DNA from: Minisyncoccota bacterium
GTDB taxonomy: Bacteria; Patescibacteriota; Minisyncoccia; Phycocordibacterales; UBA918
Direction: 5' to 3'
DNA: 64,000 nucleotides
NCBI GenBank assembly: GCA_041688155.1
Contig: JBDNIW010000012.1
Location: 202-64,201 of the forward strand
Positions 58,110 through 64,000 of the stretch are shown here, piece by piece; the stretch's first letter is position 1; the number at the start of each line of letters is the position of its first letter. A model generated the notes under the pieces. The model was not told the DNA's origin. It made no database searches and saw only the letters and a list, made by a program, of their open reading frames with translations. A program made the translations under genes and the position numbers.

Positions 58110-58889
58110 ATGAATAAAACAGCCTTGATTACTGGAGCTAGTAGTGGCATCGGAGAACAATTGGCACGGATACACGCAGAGAAAGGTGGTGACCTGATTA
58201 TAGTCGCGCGCGGACTGGGCACACTGGAGGAATTGAAAAAAGAGTTGGAAGATACCTTCCAGGTGAACGTGTACGTGATTGAAAAAGATTTAGCCAAACC
58301 CAACGCTGCGCGAGAAGTGTACGAGCAGGTGCAGGCAGCTGGGCTGCAGGTAGACTACCTGGTCAATAACGCTGGCTTTGGTGGAATTGGAAAATTTCAC
58401 GAGCGTGAGCTCGACCGAGATCTGTCTATGCTCCACCTAAACATCGTGGCGTTGACTGCCTTGACTCATTATTTCCTGCAGGATTTTGTCGCAGCCAACG
58501 AAGGCAAAATCCTTAATGTGTCTTCCACCGCCAGCCTCATGCCTGGTCCTATGCAAGCGGTATATTACGCGACCAAGGCGTACGTAACTTCTTTTAGTAA
58601 CGCAATCGCGGAGGAGTTGCACGATACTAACATCACGGTGACCAACCTGATGCCGGGAGCAACTGAGACCCAGTTCGGCAAAATATCTGGCATGGATAAA
58701 ACGGTTCTATTCAAGACTACCGCCAGCGCCAGAAGCGTCGCTGAAGCTGGCTACAACGCAATGCTAGCCGGGAAATTGGACGTTATCGCCGGCGTCACAA
58801 CAGCCCAAAAACTCACCATGCGGCTGCTACCATTCTTGCCCAAAAAACTGCTTTTGAAACAGGTCAGACAAATGCAGGAAGTGGAGTAG
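58110..58889 (+). CDS. short-chain dehydrogenase/reductase
   Basis: TGASSGIG, NNAG, YYATK. Confidence 0.95.
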   Translation: MNKTALITGASSGIGEQLARIHAEKGGDLIIVARGLGTLEELKKELEDTFQVNVYVIEKDLAKPNAAREVYEQVQAAGLQVDYLVNNAGFGGIGKFHERELDRDLSMLHLNIVALTALTHYFLQDFVAANEGKILNVSSTASLMPGPMQAVYYATKAYVTSFSNAIAEELHDTNITVTNLMPGATETQFGKISGMDKTVLFKTTASARSVAEAGYNAMLAGKLDVIAGVTTAQKLTMRLLPFLPKKLLLKQVRQMQEVE

Positions 58890-58922
58890 AGATATCGTAT
58901 ATCTATAAATACAGAAGATCTT

Positions 58923-58957
58923 CAAGCTTTGCTTAGGCCTTGCCTAGGCGAAGCTTG
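58923..58957. repeat. REP-like hairpin family member (related copies at ~49959-49987 and ~50823-50848)
   Basis: CAAGCTTTGCTTAGGC-CTT-GCCTAGGCGAAGCTTG. Confidence 0.6.
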
Positions 58958-58962
58958 AGGTT

Positions 58963-59592
58963 ATGGTGGTGACAAGAGAAAAAGAGAGTGTGTTTGAAAT
59001 AAATTACGAAGACAACCAGGAAAGCGGCGTTGCGACTACGGCGGTAATGAAAGAAATAAGTCTTGAATTGGCAAATTTAAACCCAGACGATGCATTGCTT
59101 GATTCTGCTATCACACAACTATATAAAGAGTCTGGTGTGGCCTCAAGTATATTCTGTGAACATTGTGATCTGACGCGACTCTATGTCTCACCATTTGGAG
59201 ATTTTATTTACTTTCGTCAACTTACTTATTCAAGTGCAACTAGGCCTGTTGTACGTTTTAATATATTGAGCGGAGTTTTAGATATTGTTGGTAACGTCAA
59301 TCCTAATTTTTCGTACGGAGAATCTTTTTCACCAGTTGGAAATAGATATTCAGATATTGACGAGGATTTTAAAACCATTTCAATTTATGACTACTATACA
59401 AATGAGTCGTCAGCTATAACAGTAGCCGCTGGTGAGTCTTTGGCAGCTGACCATTGTGGATATGGTGGTTTTGTGGCAAGTACAACCTGGATTTCAAACT
59501 CAATTTTAGAGTACGGCGTGTATGACATTGAAGTGGACGTAAATGACCGCTGCACTCCAAAGCTGGTCGATATCCGAAAACTTGAACTATAA
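58963..59592 (+). CDS. hypothetical beta-rich protein, possibly 5'-truncated
   Basis: SP.G motifs typical of propeller blades; no signal peptide. Confidence 0.55.
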   Translation: MVVTREKESVFEINYEDNQESGVATTAVMKEISLELANLNPDDALLDSAITQLYKESGVASSIFCEHCDLTRLYVSPFGDFIYFRQLTYSSATRPVVRFNILSGVLDIVGNVNPNFSYGESFSPVGNRYSDIDEDFKTISIYDYYTNESSAITVAAGESLAADHCGYGGFVASTTWISNSILEYGVYDIEVDVNDRCTPKLVDIRKLEL

Positions 59593-59650
59593 TTGATAAG
59601 GGGTCAGTTACACTTATCTCACTAAAAAGGTTACCTGAACCCATTATCCC

Positions 59651-59782
59651 CGGGTAGGGAAGCGTAGTCTGTCGGTGGTGATACCAGCTGACATTGCAAG
59701 AGAGCTGGGTATTCGTAAGCGCCAAAAGCTCGTCGTGCGCCGCTCAGGCCAAAAAATAATCATCGAAGACTGGAAAGAGTGA
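59651..59782 (+). pseudogene. AbrB/MazE/SpoVT-like remnant 2 (no start)
   Basis: RVGKRSLSVVIPADIARELGIRKRQKLVVRRSGQKIIIEDWKE. Confidence 0.75.
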
Positions 59783-59871
59783 GTTGCACAATAATGGCTC
59801 CTGATTCCGGTTACTCATTAATTGCATAGAAAAAAGTATTGTATAATAAATCAATAATATTAATTTTCACT

Positions 59872-61731
59872 ATGTCTTTCACTAAAAATCTGTCGCTTGC
59901 TTTTATTATTATTCCTTTCGCATTGTTTTTTAGTTTTGCTCAAATTTCATCTGCGCAAACCGCCCCGTCTACACCCACAGATCTGACTCCTACCCCCGGC
60001 AGTACACAAGTCGACCTCACGTGGACTGCGCCAGCAGACGGTGGATCCGCTATTACCGACTACACAGTCGAGTATCAATCATCCAATGGAGTTATCTATG
60101 TTACAAATGCTGCCAACAATACCATCCTCAAATCTACCGACGGTGGAACAACCTGGACTGACACTACTAACGGTGGAGCGTTTAATTCTCCACGAGATCT
60201 CACCACTGATAGTGCAAACGCTATCTATGTTACAAATCTTAGCAACAACACCATCCTCAAATCCACCGACGGTGGAACAACCTGGACTGACGCTACTAAC
60301 GGTGGAGCGTTTAATAATCCAATAGGTATCACTACCGATAGTGCAAATAACATTTATGTTGCAAATGCTGACAACAACACCATCCTCAAATCCATCGACG
60401 GCGGAGCAAGTTGGACTGACACTACCAACGCTGGAGCGTTTAATGGTCCACGAGGCATCACCGTAGATAGTGCAAATAACATCTATGTTGCAAATGCTGA
60501 CAACAACACCATCCTCAAATCCATCGACGGCGGAGCAAGTTGGACTGACACCACCAACGGTGGAGTGTTTAGTACTCCAGCAAGCATCACCACTGATAGT
60601 GCAAACGCTATCTATGTTACAAATGCTGGCAACAACACCATCCTCAAATCCACCGATGGTGGAGCCAGTTGGACTGACACTACTAACGGTGGAGCGTTTA
60701 ATTCTCCAATAGGTATCACCACCGATAGTGCAAATAATATCTTTGTTGCAAATTTTAACAACAACACCATCCTCAAATCTACCGATGGTGGAGCGACCTG
60801 GACTAACACTACCAACGGTGGAGTGTTTGATAATCCAGCAGGCATGGCAGCTTCGAAGTGGCTCACGTTCTCTGATGGTACATCGACCACAGTTTCAGCA
60901 ACCGTTACAGGTCTCTCCAACGGCACTTCATACGATTTCCGAGTCAGAGCTATCAATGCCGTTGGTACTGGATTGCCGTCTGGTGTGGTAAGTTCGATTC
61001 CTGATATGGCACCTTCATTACTCTCATACACGTCTCCTAATGTCTATACAGTAGATGCGGTAATCACACCTCTTTCACCAACGGTGACAGGAACAGCGGT
61101 AAGTTATGTAGTTTCCCCAGCTCTTCCTACTGGGCTTTCTCTAGATGCAACCACAGGAATAATCAGTGGAACACCAACAGCTATTACAGGAGTGGCTACA
61201 TACACCGTCACTGTAACTAATATGGTTGGTAATACTACCTTTGACTTGGATATAACCGTTACTAATGCGCCTCGTAACAACAGCAGTTCTGGTGGATTTA
61301 GATATGGGTGTAAAGATACAAATGCAAGTAATTATAATGACCGTTCAAGACACAAGCAAAGTTTATGTGAGTATGAGCAAAAAATTGTAGATACAAATAC
61401 AAACTCTACCGATATTCTGGAGCAAATACGTGAACTACAGCAACTACTAGCCGAACTCCAAGCACAAGCCGAAGCAGTCGTTACAACAACTGCCGCAATC
61501 CCAGCAAACTGCAGCTTCACCCGTGACCTAACCACCGGTAGTAGTGGGCAAGACGTCACCCGCTTGCAGCAGTACCTCACCACCACCGGTGACTACACGT
61601 TCCCCGAAGGACCTACTGGCTACTTTGGATCAGTCACCGAACAAGCCGTGCAAAGCTGGCAGGCACGCAGCGGAATCCTACCAGCTGCCGGCTACTTTGG
61701 CCCAATCTCGCGCAGTGCTGTTACACAGTAG
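59872..61731 (+). CDS. secreted surface protein: FN3 with inserted 6-repeat propeller, Ig-like domain, peptidoglycan-binding domain
   Basis: Signal peptide, VDLTWTAP..YDFRVRAINAVG, LPTGLSLDATTGIISGTPT, DLTTGSSGQDV..LQ..GYFGSVT..AV..WQ. Confidence 0.88.
   Translation: MSFTKNLSLAFIIIPFALFFSFAQISSAQTAPSTPTDLTPTPGSTQVDLTWTAPADGGSAITDYTVEYQSSNGVIYVTNAANNTILKSTDGGTTWTDTTNGGAFNSPRDLTTDSANAIYVTNLSNNTILKSTDGGTTWTDATNGGAFNNPIGITTDSANNIYVANADNNTILKSIDGGASWTDTTNAGAFNGPRGITVDSANNIYVANADNNTILKSIDGGASWTDTTNGGVFSTPASITTDSANAIYVTNAGNNTILKSTDGGASWTDTTNGGAFNSPIGITTDSANNIFVANFNNNTILKSTDGGATWTNTTNGGVFDNPAGMAASKWLTFSDGTSTTVSATVTGLSNGTSYDFRVRAINAVGTGLPSGVVSSIPDMAPSLLSYTSPNVYTVDAVITPLSPTVTGTAVSYVVSPALPTGLSLDATTGIISGTPTAITGVATYTVTVTNMVGNTTFDLDITVTNAPRNNSSSGGFRYGCKDTNASNYNDRSRHKQSLCEYEQKIVDTNTNSTDILEQIRELQQLLAELQAQAEAVVTTTAAIPANCSFTRDLTTGSSGQDVTRLQQYLTTTGDYTFPEGPTGYFGSVTEQAVQSWQARSGILPAAGYFGPISRSAVTQ
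60094..60850 (+). repeat. six 129-bp (43-aa) intragenic tandem repeats
   Basis: Unit starts at 60094, 60223, 60352, 60481, 60610, 60739. Confidence 0.95.
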
Positions 61732-61791
61732 AGTTAGAAATTAAGCTAAGAGAAATAAAAAAGACTAGCTTCAACGCTAGTCTTTTTAGTA

Positions 61792-61996
61792 TGTTACGTA
61801 GCATGCTACGTAACACGCTGCGCAGCATACTGAATTAGCGGAAAAACACCTTCGTACCGTAGCCTGCGCCTTGAAGCGTGGTCTATCGGTGATGATACCA
61901 GCAGACATTGCAAGAGAGCTGGGTATCAACGAGCGTCAAAAGCTCGTCGTGCGCCGCTCAGGCCAAAAGATAATCATTGAAGGCTGGAAAGGGTGA
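61792..61996 (+). pseudogene. 24-bp palindrome followed by AbrB-like remnant 3
   Basis: TGTTACGTAGCA|TGCTACGTAACA (61792-61815), then KRGLSVMIPADIARELGINERQKLVVRRSGQKIIIEGWKG. Confidence 0.75.
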
Positions 61997-62085
61997 GTTG
62001 AACAGAAATGGCTCCTGACCCCATTTATCTATTCGTTAGGAGTCTTAATTTGCTATTTTCATAGCATTTCTGCACAATTCTAAAT

Positions 62086-63003
62086 ATGAAACCCGAATTA
62101 CTAAAAAAGGTCGAATTATGGTTGAACACTTGGCGTAGCTTTTTATGGGGCTTAATAATATCTATAACAGTAGGATTGGTATATGAGTGGTCAAGTATCC
62201 TGGCGGTGCTAAAGAATTGGGAGACTTTGTTGGGTTCAATTATTGGGGCACTTCTCCCTGTGCTTGTTGCAATTCTGTGGAACCCAGCGGCTAATAGAAT
62301 TAAGAAATATGAAGCCCTTAAAGAATCTTTGAGAGAAATTGAAATTGATACCACTCAGATTATCAATGATATTTGTGACATTAGAAATATATATTTTGGT
62401 TTCATTAAAAATATACATGATCTGGTTGCGGTCTCAAAGAATGATGAAAAGATTGGCCCACTTTTATTTAATGCACCACCTAAGATTTACGTATATAAGA
62501 ATTCTCAATTACTAAAATACAAGACGGGTAGTATTTATTTACACAACACCTTAATTGGTCTAAATAAGTGGACGCTTCAGATTAATGCCGTTCTAGATAA
62601 TATTAGTGAAAACACGCTAGGTATTCAAAAGTCTTTTGGAGACAGATTCCATAAACTTCCTCACCCAGCCCTGCGTACTGATTTTAATGATATTAAGGAT
62701 AATTATAATATAGAACTTTTAAGGTTTGCAGATGAACTTTCCTCTATAGAGGAAACATTTGATAATGGCCTTGAGGCAGCGGTTATCGCAAAGGTGTGTG
62801 GTCAGAAAATGAATAATTGGAATAGGTCGTTCGTTTACTCGGTCTTCCTTAAACGTTTTGATTCGGAGTATCAAGCTTTTTTGAGTGCGGAGAAAAATTC
62901 GGATAGTGAACTTACTCTTAATCTGTATGAATCAGTTCAAACCTTAATTAAAGAAGATGTAGAAGCAATGATTAAAAAAATAGAAGCAGCAATGAAAGAT
63001 TAA
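62086..63003 (+). CDS. hypothetical AT-rich protein, 2 N-terminal TM helices plus helical domain
   Basis: 305 aa ORF; WETLLGSIIGA. Confidence 0.7.
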   Translation: MKPELLKKVELWLNTWRSFLWGLIISITVGLVYEWSSILAVLKNWETLLGSIIGALLPVLVAILWNPAANRIKKYEALKESLREIEIDTTQIINDICDIRNIYFGFIKNIHDLVAVSKNDEKIGPLLFNAPPKIYVYKNSQLLKYKTGSIYLHNTLIGLNKWTLQINAVLDNISENTLGIQKSFGDRFHKLPHPALRTDFNDIKDNYNIELLRFADELSSIEETFDNGLEAAVIAKVCGQKMNNWNRSFVYSVFLKRFDSEYQAFLSAEKNSDSELTLNLYESVQTLIKEDVEAMIKKIEAAMKD

Positions 63004-63072
63004 TATTATTTACTTCTTCTTCTCGTTTAACTTCATTGATTCGCCTATCTTTGTCCTAGGTGAAGCAATGCA

Positions 63073-63246
63073 TTATATTAAATCAGCAATATATAAACCA
63101 ATTACTGAACCTGCCGATGTTAGAATCATTGTTTTCCAAAACATATCCTTTCTGACCCAGCCCTTTTTATCCAGTGTATCTCTAAAGAAATAGGCTACCA
63201 CAATGATTATTATGAGGGGAAACAACATTCCTAGTAAAGATGCCAT
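63073..63246 (-). CDS. small membrane protein (57 aa)
   Basis: MASLLGMLFPLIIIIVVAYFF..IGLYIADLI, directly downstream of 63260-63604. Confidence 0.5.
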   Translation of the reverse strand: MASLLGMLFPLIIIIVVAYFFRDTLDKKGWVRKDMFWKTMILTSAGSVIGLYIADLI

Positions 63247-63259
63247 ATAATATATTTAT

Positions 63260-63604
63260 TTAATAATCAAAACCTGTGTCTAGACTTAAACAGGCGTCTT
63301 GGTCTCCATCACTACATGCGTCCATTATTTTCCTCTCATTAATAGAGGAGTTTATGAAAAGGACTAACAATAGAGCACTTACTACAAATACAAGTAAATT
63401 TGTAAGCATCTGATTCTTATCTTCATCTAGTTCTTTGATCATTATATTAAACATGTATGCAGTAGCAACAGGTATGCCAAGATAATATGCGATACGCTCG
63501 ATTGTCTCGATAAGATTAATATCTATAAAAGTTAACAATAAAAATGTTGCCACGCCTATAGCAATCAAATTTTCAGTATCTATTCCAGTTTTAGCTTTTT
63601 CCAT
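63260..63604 (-). CDS. hypothetical membrane protein
   Basis: 3 TM helices, C-terminal CxxGxxxAC. Confidence 0.6.
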   Translation of the reverse strand: MEKAKTGIDTENLIAIGVATFLLLTFIDINLIETIERIAYYLGIPVATAYMFNIMIKELDEDKNQMLTNLLVFVVSALLLVLFINSSINERKIMDACSDGDQDACLSLDTGFDY

Positions 63605-63647
63605 AAAATAATTATAACAAAATTAGCGGAAGATAATGGGGAGGGGT

Positions 63648-64000
63648 TAATTAAAGCCTCAACCGCACAATAAAACATATCCACTAAGGTACGCTAGGAA
63701 TGTTAACAACCTAGTAACCAATAGTGGATATGTATACACAGCATAAGTCTTTTAGACACATACGGCAAATAGAAAGGGAAAGAATCGAAGAATTAATCCA
63801 AGCCGGTCACACGCGAAAAGAACTAGCGGTTATTCTTGGTAGGCACCTCTCAACCATCACTCGAGAGATACAGAGAAACAGCAAAAATGATGGTTCATAC
63901 ACAGCTGCACACGCCCAAAAGAAAACGATGGAACGTCGATACACAGCCAAGGAATCATCAAGAAAAATAGAGAATAATCCAGAACTAGAAGCAGCTATCA
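63648..64000 (+). mobile_element. IS30 family element, left end; transposase from ATG 63730 (partial)
   Basis: FRHI..ERERI..LGRHLSTITREIQRN..Y.A.HAQ HTH; IR-like AATTAAAGCCTCAACCGCACA; CATATCCACTA/TAGTGGATATG hairpin over the start codon. Confidence 0.85.

Noticed and set aside
57746-62030. Classical integron
   Set aside because: No IntI and no clear attC R/L boxes are present.

Overview
This is a chromosomal window from a reduced-genome bacterium, most likely Patescibacteria/CPR (Parcubacteria-like). The evidence is no rpmD between rpsE and rplO, mostly SD-less or leaderless genes, and standard code 11. It contains a split S10/spc operon (rpsS-rplE, then a ~7.4 kb AT-richer island, then rpsN-secY), two tandem archaeal-type cytidylate kinases, adk, map, ndk, a 6S-like RNA, infC-rpmI-rplT, tmRNA and smpB, ftsH, a MacAB-like exporter, recG, malic enzyme, Zur-znuACB, an accessory region and the start of an IS30 element. 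The most unusual signals are five. (1) A family of non-coding hairpin elements with conserved structure and covarying sequence sits at the T-arm of four RNA genes (tmRNA, tRNA-Ile, two tRNA-Ser). It builds inverted and tandem tRNA-like copies, including a tRNA-Ile copy with inserts in all three loops. (2) The island inside the ribosomal operon encodes a PAL/TAL-type ammonia-lyase, a PaaK-like CoA ligase, an Lnt-like acyltransferase lacking the catalytic Glu, an ICMT-like protein and small exported proteins, suggesting aryl-acylation. (3) Two tRNAs have rare anticodons: Ser(ACU) and Ile(UAU). (4) There are structured leaders and an orphan ncRNA candidate. (5) A repeated module of AbrB remnant, palindrome and REP-like hairpin separates cargo genes. 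All calls come from motif recognition by eye; no searches were run.
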